57,208 nt of DNA from a virus (lineage: Duplodnaviria; Caudoviricetes): IMG/VR virus record IMGVR_UViG_3300013093_000054, positions 1 through 57,208 of that record. One strand, 5' to 3'. The notes under the pieces were generated by a model, which saw only the letters and a program-made list of their open reading frames with translations, made no database searches and was not told the origin of the DNA. Position numbers and translations under genes: made by a program. The stretch's first letter is position 1; the number at the start of each line of letters is the position of its first letter. Shown here piece after piece: positions 1-9,800 of this stretch.

Positions 1-2250
1 TGCAATGCTGCTCCGACTATTATTAATCCTGTTGTTTTAAACACTCTTACTGTTGGCGCGCAAAGTTCTTCTCAAGGTTCAATTGTTCTGGCCAATACTG
101 CGTCTGGACCAGAGTCTTTGACGCTTCAGTCGTCAAACTCTATGACCGCCGCCTGGACATTGACATTCCCGGTAACGCCTGGAACGCTAAACCAAGCGCT
201 TCTTACTGACGGAACAGGCGTTACATCATGGGGTGAGCCGCCTGTTACGACACTTCAGGGCGGCATTGCTTCTCAGATTCCATATCAGAGCGCACCAAAT
301 ACTACGTCATTTATTCCTAATGGCACAGCTGGCCAGTTTCTTAAATCAAATGGAACGGCTGCCCCCGCGTGGAGCACGGTTAATCTTGCAAGCTCTGCGT
401 CTGTTACGGGTATATTGCCAATCGCCAATGGCGGCACAGATCTTTCTACTGTTGGCACAAACGGCCAAGCGCTGATTTCTAATGGCACCGCTCTTCTTTA
501 TGGTAATCCGGCGATTGCTACGAATATAGCTGGCGGCGTTGCTAACAATGTTCCTTACCAGACGGCGGCAAGCACAACTGCTTTTGTGACAAATGGCGTT
601 GCTGGTAATTCGCTTATTACGGCAGTTGGTGGCGCTCCAACATGGGGCTCGGTTAATCTTGCCGACAATACAAATGCCGTGACAGGAACGCTTCCTATTG
701 CTAACGGCGGAACGGGATTGGCGACCGTTGGTGCATCTGGCACTGTTCCTATTTCTAACGGAACGTCGCTGGCTTATGGCGTTCCAAATGCCAATCTTGC
801 CAACGCAATTAAGGGCGGCGCTGCTTCTCAGATCCTATATCAATCTGCGGTTGATACGACGTCATTTATTCCAAATGGAACGCCTGGCCAGTATCTGACA
901 TCAAATGGAACGATTGCTCCTAGCTGGCAGACTCCAGCGCTGTCCAGCTATCACATTTCAGTAAATTCTGGCGGCACAATTGCCGCTGCTATTCTTGCTG
1001 CCGGCATTACAGATGCTGCTGGTAACTTTTATACCTTCGTCAATTCATCTACGAGCAACGTCGTTCTTACGGCGTCCATCGTCGATCAGAGCGCTGCGTA
1101 TCCTACGTCTGTGACGGGAACAAGCGTAACGCTAGCTGCCGGTGGAACGATTGGCGTTAATACGATTACGGCTGGATCTGAATATTCAATTGACGTTGTT
1201 AGCCCGATTAGCGGCTTGACGACGATTAACGTTACAGGAAATGTAACGCTTACGGCGTCTACTTCGGTTGATCGCTACGGCGTTATTCAGCTTTCGCCAA
1301 CTGGTTCTGGTTATACCGTAAACATTCCGGCTCCAACAAATACGTTAGCTGGACGACAGATCTTAGTCTGCAACAATCAACCGTATAGTTTGACGGTTTC
1401 TCCGCTTAATGGTTCTGCATTTACATTAACGCCTGCGACATCAGTTACGCTCATCTGGAATGGCGGTTCTTGGTATGGCACGACGCCTATTAATTCTGGT
1501 TCTTATGCAAGAGCGTATTCTTTTTCATCAAGCGCAAACATTAACTTCTTATCAATGATAGGCGCTGTCCAAGATAAGGACGGCAATGTTTACACGCTTC
1601 AAAATACAAATGCTACTTCCGGTATTACAATTACTTTCCCAGCAACATCGAATCCGACATTTCTTAACCAGTCATCTATGTCGTCTGCTACGCATACAAG
1701 CAATAATACAATTTATCTAAGACCATTTGAGTCTATTACGCTTCAGTGTTTTGTGGCGGCTAATTCGACTTACTATTATATTACAACGACGCAGCCGCAA
1801 GATTTCACCTGTAGGGCCACAATGGGCTCAATGGGTGCGCCGCCTCAAAATACGGATACAACTCTTAACTTTGTGACGAATGGATCAGCGCCGGGCCATG
1901 ATCCGATGGGCGCGTTCAACAGCACGACGCATACTTGGACATGCCCTCGAGCTGGTCAGTGGATTGTATCGTTGTCTCTAAATATTACTAGCACTAATAG
2001 TCCACCCACTTTGTATAATGTTCAGATACGAGTTAATAATGATAATTCAAAGGGAATTTATGCATATGGATATGCTCCTGGCACATCCACATTTGGCGGC
2101 GGTCAATCTTCTGGAAGTTGGCAAACTCTAATTACTGCAAATGTTGGCGATACGGTAATTGCTACCATTTACCCATATGCCGGATCTTCTGTTCTAACGC
2201 CTGCTAATAATAGCTCTACATGCCAACTTAATTTCTCGCTCGTCGGTTAA
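1..2250 (+). CDS. Tail fibre / virion fibre protein, 5'-truncated by the window edge
   Basis: Frame is open from base 1, upstream of the TTG at 118. T/S/G/N-rich. About 92-aa tandem repeats (GG.ASQI.YQSA..TTSFIPNGT.GQ.L.SNGT; VTG.LPIANGGT). C-terminal C1q/TNF-like segment (DPMGAFNSTTHTWTCPRAGQWIVSLSL). Confidence 0.7.
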   Translation, partial: CNAAPTIINPVVLNTLTVGAQSSSQGSIVLANTASGPESLTLQSSNSMTAAWTLTFPVTPGTLNQALLTDGTGVTSWGEPPVTTLQGGIASQIPYQSAPNTTSFIPNGTAGQFLKSNGTAAPAWSTVNLASSASVTGILPIANGGTDLSTVGTNGQALISNGTALLYGNPAIATNIAGGVANNVPYQTAASTTAFVTNGVAGNSLITAVGGAPTWGSVNLADNTNAVTGTLPIANGGTGLATVGASGTVPISNGTSLAYGVPNANLANAIKGGAASQILYQSAVDTTSFIPNGTPGQYLTSNGTIAPSWQTPALSSYHISVNSGGTIAAAILAAGITDAAGNFYTFVNSSTSNVVLTASIVDQSAAYPTSVTGTSVTLAAGGTIGVNTITAGSEYSIDVVSPISGLTTINVTGNVTLTASTSVDRYGVIQLSPTGSGYTVNIPAPTNTLAGRQILVCNNQPYSLTVSPLNGSAFTLTPATSVTLIWNGGSWYGTTPINSGSYARAYSFSSSANINFLSMIGAVQDKDGNVYTLQNTNATSGITITFPATSNPTFLNQSSMSSATHTSNNTIYLRPFESITLQCFVAANSTYYYITTTQPQDFTCRATMGSMGAPPQNTDTTLNFVTNGSAPGHDPMGAFNSTTHTWTCPRAGQWIVSLSLNITSTNSPPTLYNVQIRVNNDNSKGIYAYGYAPGTSTFGGGQSSGSWQTLITANVGDTVIATIYPYAGSSVLTPANNSSTCQLNFSLVG

Positions 2251-2259
2251 GGAACGTAA

Positions 2260-2961
2260 ATGAGCACCGATATGGTCTTCTACGTTTACGAGCATTGGCG
2301 ATTAGATCGCGATGAATGCTTTTACGTAGGTAAGGGCCATGGTAAGCGCGCTTATTCTATTAAAAACAGAAATCAGCATTGGAACAATATTGTTTTAAAG
2401 CTGGAGCGCATCGGATCGGGATACGAAATTAGGTTAGTTGCTACAGGGCTTTCCGAACAAGACGCCTTTTCGCTTGAAAAGGAAAGAATTTCTTTTTGGC
2501 GAGATCTTGTAGATTTAGCTAATATCTGCGATGGCGGAGAAGGCGTATCTGGATTAAAGCATTCTGAAGAAACTAAAAAACTTTGGAGTGAAAAAAGAAA
2601 AGGGTGTCCTGTTTCTATTGAGGGGCGAATTAAACGTAGCAAAACTATGAAGGGTGTTCCAAAATCTAAGGAACATGCGGCCAAAGCTGGAGCGGCCGGT
2701 GGTTTTGCCCGAAAAGGTATGAAACATAGCGAAGAACACAAAAAAGCAATTGGTTCTTCTTTGTTAAACAGTGAAAAATTTAAATCAGCCAATAAAGCTA
2801 GAAGAAAAACAATTATATGTTTAAATTCAGGACAGATATTTAGTGGGTTAGATGAAGCAGCAATAGCAAATAATGTTTCAAGATATGCCGTCCATGATTG
2901 TTGCTCTGGAAGAACAAAGCATACAAAAGATGGCTTAGTCTTTAAATACGAGGACGCATAA
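2260..2961 (+). CDS. Free-standing GIY-YIG homing endonuclease with NUMOD3/NUMOD1-type DNA-binding repeats
   Basis: FYVYEH...FYVGKG...R GIY-YIG motif; KHSEETKK and KHSEEHKK NUMOD3 repeats; C-terminal IICLNSGQIF..LDEAA...CCSGR HTH. Confidence 0.85.
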   Translation: MSTDMVFYVYEHWRLDRDECFYVGKGHGKRAYSIKNRNQHWNNIVLKLERIGSGYEIRLVATGLSEQDAFSLEKERISFWRDLVDLANICDGGEGVSGLKHSEETKKLWSEKRKGCPVSIEGRIKRSKTMKGVPKSKEHAAKAGAAGGFARKGMKHSEEHKKAIGSSLLNSEKFKSANKARRKTIICLNSGQIFSGLDEAAIANNVSRYAVHDCCSGRTKHTKDGLVFKYEDA

Positions 2962-3647
2962 TGGCAACCTCAAACACTTACTCTTTCAACCCTGATCTTG
3001 GCAGCATTACCTTATATGCTTTTAATTTAGTAGGCATCCGAAATACTGCTTTATTGCAAGAACATCTCGACTCTGCTCGCATGGCGACAAACATGATTTT
3101 GTCGCGCTGGAGCTCTGAAGGCGTTAACACATGGGCTGTTGATCTTGTGACTGTGCCTCTTGTTCAAGGGCAGTCAACCTACCCTGTAGATAGCAATACG
3201 ATCGTGATGCTGGATACTTATATCACCGTCGTCAATGGCGGCGTGTCGACTGATCGTATCATCCTTCCGATCTCAAGGACGGAATATGCGTCATATCCAA
3301 ATAAGCAGCAGCAAGGCTTCCCGACGACGTTCTGGATGGACCGCTTGCTTAATCCGACGGTTACAATCTGGCCTGTCCCAGATGGTAATGAAGCTTATCT
3401 GAAGTATTACCGCCTGATACAATTGCAGGACGCCAATCTTGCCGGTAATCAGCAATTAGATATTCCGTATTACTTTTTGGACGCTATGGCCTATGCTTTG
3501 GCGCTCCGTTTGGCTCAGATATGGGCCCCTGATAAGGTGGCGATGCTGAAGCCATTTGCTGACGAAAGCTACCAGATTGCTGTTGCGCAGAATATCGAAA
3601 CTTCTGCTTTCTATGTGTCGCCTACGATCTCTAGCTATTTCAGATAA
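2961..3647 (+). CDS. Probable head-tail adaptor / tail tubular protein
   Basis: Layout typical of podophage adaptor proteins (ISRTEYASYPNK..QGFPT, IWPVPD, ALALRLA), size 228 aa, position in the structural block. Confidence 0.6.
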   Translation: MATSNTYSFNPDLGSITLYAFNLVGIRNTALLQEHLDSARMATNMILSRWSSEGVNTWAVDLVTVPLVQGQSTYPVDSNTIVMLDTYITVVNGGVSTDRIILPISRTEYASYPNKQQQGFPTTFWMDRLLNPTVTIWPVPDGNEAYLKYYRLIQLQDANLAGNQQLDIPYYFLDAMAYALALRLAQIWAPDKVAMLKPFADESYQIAVAQNIETSAFYVSPTISSYFR

Positions 3648-3657
3648 GGAGGCGTAA

Positions 3658-4287
3658 GTGGGATACGCTTCTAAATCGGGACGGGCGAGGACATCTGCCA
3701 GTAACCCGCAGGCGTTTGGCGTTTGCGATCGCTGCGGCATTTGGACAAACCATAATAGATTATCCTGGCAATATGACTGGCGTGGCGCTAGTCTGATGAA
3801 TATTCGCGTTCTTGTCTGTGACCGATGCCTTGATACGCCACAGCAACAGCTTCGAGCAATTATCGTCCCAGCCGATCCTACAGCTATTGAGCAGCCAAGA
3901 ACTGAGCCATTTGTCTACGACGAGACCAATAACCGTTACACAAGCGGCCAGAATACGATAGACCCCAATACGGGTATTCCTATTATTGGCGGCGATAATC
4001 GTATTACGCAAGACAGCCAAGATCGCGTTACTCAACAGACTGGCGAAGCTCCAGGCGGATTAAATCAGCTACCTGGCACCGATTGGGCTGTTCCTGCTGT
4101 TATCTATAATAATACTGAGATAGGTTTGCCCTATAATACAGGCGTTGTCCCGTTTACTGGCCCTCTTTCTCCGCCGTATAATTTTGTCGATCAGTGGAAC
4201 AACCAATGGCAATTTGGTATGAGAACTGGATCATACTGGTCTAATACCACAAGTGCTTTTGTGACATGGACGTCGAACATTCTGTAA
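3658..4287 (+). CDS. Conserved phage structural-region protein with Zn-ribbon
   Basis: CDRCG...VCDRC cysteine pairs; GTG start with AGGAGG RBS. Confidence 0.6.
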   Translation: MGYASKSGRARTSASNPQAFGVCDRCGIWTNHNRLSWQYDWRGASLMNIRVLVCDRCLDTPQQQLRAIIVPADPTAIEQPRTEPFVYDETNNRYTSGQNTIDPNTGIPIIGGDNRITQDSQDRVTQQTGEAPGGLNQLPGTDWAVPAVIYNNTEIGLPYNTGVVPFTGPLSPPYNFVDQWNNQWQFGMRTGSYWSNTTSAFVTWTSNIL

Positions 4288-4347
4288 CCTATGAATAGTC
4301 GAAGAAATAGGGTAAAATTACACTCAAATATGTGGTAAGAGGAATAT

Positions 4348-5217
4348 ATGGCAACCGTCCCCTATACATTCGCAAATACCCCAGGCGGCGCGTCAATTCC
4401 ACTTGCTGAGTTGGATGCCAACTTTGCGGCCATTGGCGTTCAAACAGGACCCACAGGGCCTACAGGACCAGTTGGGCCGCAAGGTGCTCCTTCTAATGTT
4501 ACGGGGCCTACGGGATACACTGGGGCTATAGGGGCTACAGGCGCAACTGGACCAACTGGCCCAAATGGCACATCTAGTGTTTTATTTAATTATAATTCAA
4601 ATACATCAAACACAAATGTAAGTATTTATCCTGGTGACGGTAATATTTGTTGGAATAATTCTGCCCAAATATCTTCGACGGCATTAACCATCTCTAGCAG
4701 AGATACCAATGGTGCCGATATTGACTTATTTTTATCAAGTTTAGCTTCAGGTCAACAAATTGTAATCCAACAACAAACCAGCAGTTCAAATTATCAAACA
4801 TTTCAAATTACATCTGCGCCAACAGAGGTAAACCCAGGAACATTAACATCGTATTGGGCATTTCCTGTTTCTCTGGTTAATAGTGGTGGAACAGGGACGT
4901 CTAATTTTGCTAATGCTTTACCAATATTTATCGCTATTACCACGTTGCAACCCGGCCCAACCGGGCCAACCGGGCCCGCCGGGGCTGCTGGGTTAAGCTC
5001 TTACATGGAGCAATTAAATATATCGACTACAAATATATTGCCGCCATTAACTAATTCATATGTGACGGGGTCGTTTATTATGTTTGTAAATGGCCAAGGG
5101 TTTGTTCCCACAGGAGCAACTCCCCCGTTTTCTGTATCTGGAACGGCGATTACTTGGCTTTCGACGGTATGGAGTGTTAATCCTGGCGACTTAGTCGTCG
5201 TTATCTATACATATTAG
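4348..5217 (+). CDS. Short collagen-repeat fibre protein
   Basis: GPT/GAT/GYT triplets flank a globular domain paralogous to one in 6883..12651; N-terminal [10 protein letters not shown]. Confidence 0.75.
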   Translation: MATVPYTFANTPGGASIPLAELDANFAAIGVQTGPTGPTGPVGPQGAPSNVTGPTGYTGAIGATGATGPTGPNGTSSVLFNYNSNTSNTNVSIYPGDGNICWNNSAQISSTALTISSRDTNGADIDLFLSSLASGQQIVIQQQTSSSNYQTFQITSAPTEVNPGTLTSYWAFPVSLVNSGGTGTSNFANALPIFIAITTLQPGPTGPTGPAGAAGLSSYMEQLNISTTNILPPLTNSYVTGSFIMFVNGQGFVPTGATPPFSVSGTAITWLSTVWSVNPGDLVVVIYTY

Positions 5218-5228
5218 TAAGGTGGGCT

Positions 5229-6836
5229 ATGCGGATAATTGTTTTTTTTAGTTCTCTGTTACTTTCTCTTCCTGCTTTAGCTCAAAGCTACAGCACGATG
5301 GCTTGGGGAATTGATAAATCTGTCAGTCCGTATGGGTTTGGATATAACATCAATGGAACTTGGTATAATTTGGGGACTATATCTTCTACCGGAACGTGGG
5401 TCATTCCTGTTGGAAATATAACCAACGGAGGACTTCCTATTTTATCTTCTGCTAATATATGGGCTGGCGCGCAAACTTTTTCTGTGGCTCCAAAATTCTC
5501 ATCTATGACGGGTTACATGTATTGTAACGGGGCTGCTCCATGCACGGCTTCCACAAGCGTCCCTGCGGCTAATGTGTCGTTTACTCAGTCTGGCACTGGA
5601 GCTGTGAGCACCAATATTAATGCCTTATTGCAAGCTGGCGCTCTTACGGGAGAGCAATTTGGTGTTGTTTGCGATGGCGTAACTAATAATACCACCTCAT
5701 TGAATAATTTAATTAGCGCTGCGCGAGCTGCTGGAAAACCCGCGATTATTCCTCCTGGCATATGTAAAACAGATATGATTGATTTGGGTCTTTCCGCAGG
5801 TCAGCAAGTATCTATTTACGGATATGGCACAAATGCGGCAGGGACGACTTTAGATAAAATTACTTCGGATGGAAATCCAATTATTAAAGCTAACACATCT
5901 ACTACAACGACGTTTTTCCCTTATTTAACAATATCTGGAATTAAGCTTGATGGTATTTCCGGAAACACGCCTGATGCTTTGCAATTGTATAATGTTGTTT
6001 TTGGTAACTTTCAAAATATAACTGTTGTGAACTCCATTCATGGCGTAGGCGTGTATGGAGGTAATACAAATTCATTTAATAATCTTACAGCAACCAGTAA
6101 CACAATAGGATTTTATGCCACACAATATGTTAGTCCGGCACCTTTTACTTACCCTCCTAATTTAATAACCCTTAATAATCCAATATTATCTAATAACTCA
6201 TACAGAGGATGTTATTATGAGTTGGGGTCTGGGTTTTTCATAAATAACGCTGATATAGAAGGAAACGGAAATGCTGGAAATGCTAATACAGGCGGATGTT
6301 ATATAAATGGTGTAGCTTCAACTATTGGGGGGCTTGGAGGTATTGGTGCTATTATTAAAGGTTCTTGGTTTGAAACTAACGCAGGGGGCAATTCTGTGTG
6401 GTTGAATGGTGGGCACAATGAAATAGACGGAACTCTTTTTATCGCTAATGGCTCATCTACAGATGACATTAAAATTAGTCTAGGAACTTACACTATTTCA
6501 AATTCAAACTTTGTTGGGATCAAAAGTGGTTACAGCATTAATGAGACGGTAGCTGCCAGTTATGGTAATTTCATTTATAATACCTCTTATGTTTCTGCTA
6601 CTTATGATCCAAAGAAAACATCGTTCTTTTCTGGGTCAAAATCAACCATATCAGCATTTCAGTTGACTCCTTATACTGTCGGCGCATTGCCAACGTGTAA
6701 CGTAGGAACAACGAACTCCCTATATGCTGTCTCAGATTCAGCCATTGTTCCGACATATAACGGAGCTTTGGGGGCTGGCGGCGGAACAAATGTTAGCCCT
6801 GTTTTTTGCGATGGAACGGGATGGAAATTCCATTAA
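5229..6836 (+). CDS. Pectate-lyase-like beta-helix (tailspike/depolymerase-like) protein with N-terminal signal peptide
   Basis: FGVVCDGVTNNTTSLN...IIPPG motif typical of the start of tailspike beta-helices; N/G-rich repeats; N-terminus MRIIVFFSSLLLSLPALA-QS. Confidence 0.7.
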   Translation: MRIIVFFSSLLLSLPALAQSYSTMAWGIDKSVSPYGFGYNINGTWYNLGTISSTGTWVIPVGNITNGGLPILSSANIWAGAQTFSVAPKFSSMTGYMYCNGAAPCTASTSVPAANVSFTQSGTGAVSTNINALLQAGALTGEQFGVVCDGVTNNTTSLNNLISAARAAGKPAIIPPGICKTDMIDLGLSAGQQVSIYGYGTNAAGTTLDKITSDGNPIIKANTSTTTTFFPYLTISGIKLDGISGNTPDALQLYNVVFGNFQNITVVNSIHGVGVYGGNTNSFNNLTATSNTIGFYATQYVSPAPFTYPPNLITLNNPILSNNSYRGCYYELGSGFFINNADIEGNGNAGNANTGGCYINGVASTIGGLGGIGAIIKGSWFETNAGGNSVWLNGGHNEIDGTLFIANGSSTDDIKISLGTYTISNSNFVGIKSGYSINETVAASYGNFIYNTSYVSATYDPKKTSFFSGSKSTISAFQLTPYTVGALPTCNVGTTNSLYAVSDSAIVPTYNGALGAGGGTNVSPVFCDGTGWKFH

Positions 6837-6882
6837 GTAAAATATAGTGATATGGTAAAAAAACTTTAATAGGAAAGATTGT

Positions 6883-9800
6883 ATGTCTAACGTCCAGATC
6901 CCAAATCTTCCTGTTGCTATTTCTCTTAATGGCACAGAAGAACTTGAAGCAGTTCAGGCTGGGACGTCTGTTCGCGTTACTTCTTTGCAAATTGCTGGGT
7001 TGGCACCAGGCCCAACTGGCGCTCCTGGTCCATTTGGACCAACCGGACCTACTGGATATACGGGGTATACAGGGCCAGGAATAACAGGTCCTCAAGGCCC
7101 AACAGGCCGAACTGGTCCAACAGGATATACAGGTTATACGGGCTATACCGGTGATACAGGTGCGCCATCTTTTGTAACTGGCCCGACTGGGTATACCGGT
7201 TATACTGGTCCCACAGGATATACTGGTTCACCTGGAACTAGCATAATTTATCAAGGCACAGTTGCAAACTCGACATTATTGCCACCTCAACCGCAGCCTG
7301 TTGGTTACGCTTATGTTGCGCAAGATACGGGTCATCTTTGGATATCTACTGGTAGTGTATGGTCTGATGCTGGCCCTGTTGTAACCAACTATACCGGTGC
7401 CACTGGCTATACAGGTTATACGGGATATACTGGACCCACTGGGTATACCGGCTATACAGGAAGCATTGGCGCAACTGGCTATACTGGTCCAACAGGTTAT
7501 ACAGGCCCAACTGGCTATACAGGTCCCACCGGATTTACTGGTTATACAGGATTTACCGGTCCAACTGGGTATACTGGAGATACAGGTCCTACTGGTTACA
7601 CAGGTTATACAGGCGCAGCTTCGACTGTAACAGGTCCAACTGGTTATACTGGATATACTGGATATACAGGATACACTGGTGATACTGGGCCAACTGGATA
7701 TACCGGATATACGGGATATACAGGATATACTGGTGATACCGGTCCGACTGGTTATACTGGGTATACGGGTGAAACTGGTCCAACAGGTTATACTGGGTAT
7801 ACAGGAGAAACCGGTCCCGCTTCTGACGTTACGGGCCCAACAGGTTATACGGGTTACACTGGTTATACTGGCTACACAGGCGCTGCTTCTGATGTAACTG
7901 GTCCGACTGGTTACACAGGATATACTGGATACACCGGAGACTTCGGTCCCACTGGTTATACTGGTTATACTGGGGAAACCGGCCCAACGGGTTATACTGG
8001 ATATACAGGTGAAACTGGCCCTACTGGTTACACAGGATATACGGGATACACTGGGGACACAGGCGCTCCGTCTGATGTCACAGGACCAACTGGTTATACT
8101 GGTTATACTGGCCCAACAGGCTACACAGGCGATACAGGCGCTCCTTCTGATGTTACAGGGCCAACTGGCTATACTGGCTATACAGGTATGGCTGGTAGTG
8201 GGATTCAATATCTTGGCACTGTTAATGGATTCACAAACTTACCTGGATATCCTAGTTCATATCTAGGGGCTCAAGGCGATGCTTATGTAGATACTGTTAC
8301 TCAAGATCTTTGGGTTTGGAACGGACTTACTTGGGTAAATAACGGTCCTTTTGCTTCAATTACAGGACCCACTGGCCAAACTGGCCCAACAGGGTATACG
8401 GGCGATATCGGACCTACTGGCTATACTGGATACACTGGAGATATCGGACCAACTGGTTATACCGGTTATACGGGTGACACAGGTCCAACAGGATATACTG
8501 GATATACAGGCGATATTGGTCCAACAGGTTATACTGGTTATACCGGGGCAACCGGCCCAACTGGATATACAGGATCAATTGGACCAGCCGGTTCTTCTGC
8601 TACATCTTTTGGCTATATTGCTAATACGACTATCCAGTCTGGAGATCCTGGGACTGGTGACGTTCTATGGAACAACACAGCTCAGATTTCTGCTACATCT
8701 ATTAATGTAAGCACAACTGATGGGGCGAGCGCGGATATTAGCGTTTATCTGTCTCTCTTGCAGCAAGGGCAGACGCTTGTCCTTCAAGATTCAGCCGTTG
8801 CAACATCTTGGCAAGCATTTACTGTTTCTGCTGCTACGACGGATAATACGACATATTGGACGATTCCGGTTACTTATGTAAGTAGCAGCGGGGCCGCAAC
8901 AACTAACTTTGCCAATGCTACATCTTTAATTTTTGCTGTCGCTAGTGGCGCAATTGGCCCTCAAGGACCGCAGGGTGTAACTGGTGCAACCGGAGATACT
9001 GGCCCAACTGGCTATACTGGTTATACAGGTATTCAAGGCATTCAGGGTAATGTTGGCCCAACTGGTTATACGGGATATACGGGCCCGCAAGGAAATGCTG
9101 GCACTGTTGGAGATACCGGACCTACTGGATATACAGGTTATACTGGGTATACTGGAGATACAGGTCCTACTGGTTACACAGGTTATACAGGCGCAGCTTC
9201 TACTGTAACTGGCCCAACTGGCTATACAGGCTATACAGGTGCGCAAGGTGCAACTGGCTATACAGGCTACACAGGCGTAGGCGACACTGGTCCAACTGGT
9301 TACACTGGCCCACAAGGAGCCACTGGCTATACCGGGTATACTGGCGATCAAGGCGCTACTGGTTATACAGGCTACACTGGTCCAACTGGGTATACTGGCT
9401 ATACGGGTTATACGGGCGATACAGGACCGCAAGGTGCTACAGGTTATACTGGTTATACGGGAGCTGCGTCTAACGTAACCGGCCCAACAGGCTACACGGG
9501 CTACACTGGCCCTCAAGGTGGCGGCATTGTTTATAAAGGCACTGTAACTGATTCCACTCAGTTAACAGTTGTTGACCCAACGCCTTCTGTTGGCGATGCT
9601 TATATCACGCTTGATAACCAGCATCTTTGGGTATGGAATGGCGTTAGCTGGGTAGATAACGGCGCAATTACAACAACTGGCCCAACTGGCGCTACTGGTT
9701 ATACGGGGCCAACTGGTTATACGGGATATACAGGTTATACGGGCTACACAGGATACACTGGTGCTGCTTCTACTGTAACAGGCCCAACAGGCTACACTGG

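Noticed and set aside
4288-6882. Shared late-promoter motif (GTAAAAT...TGGTAA) upstream of both collagen genes
   Set aside because: Only two short AT-rich matches with different spacing; not distinguishable from chance without a motif search.
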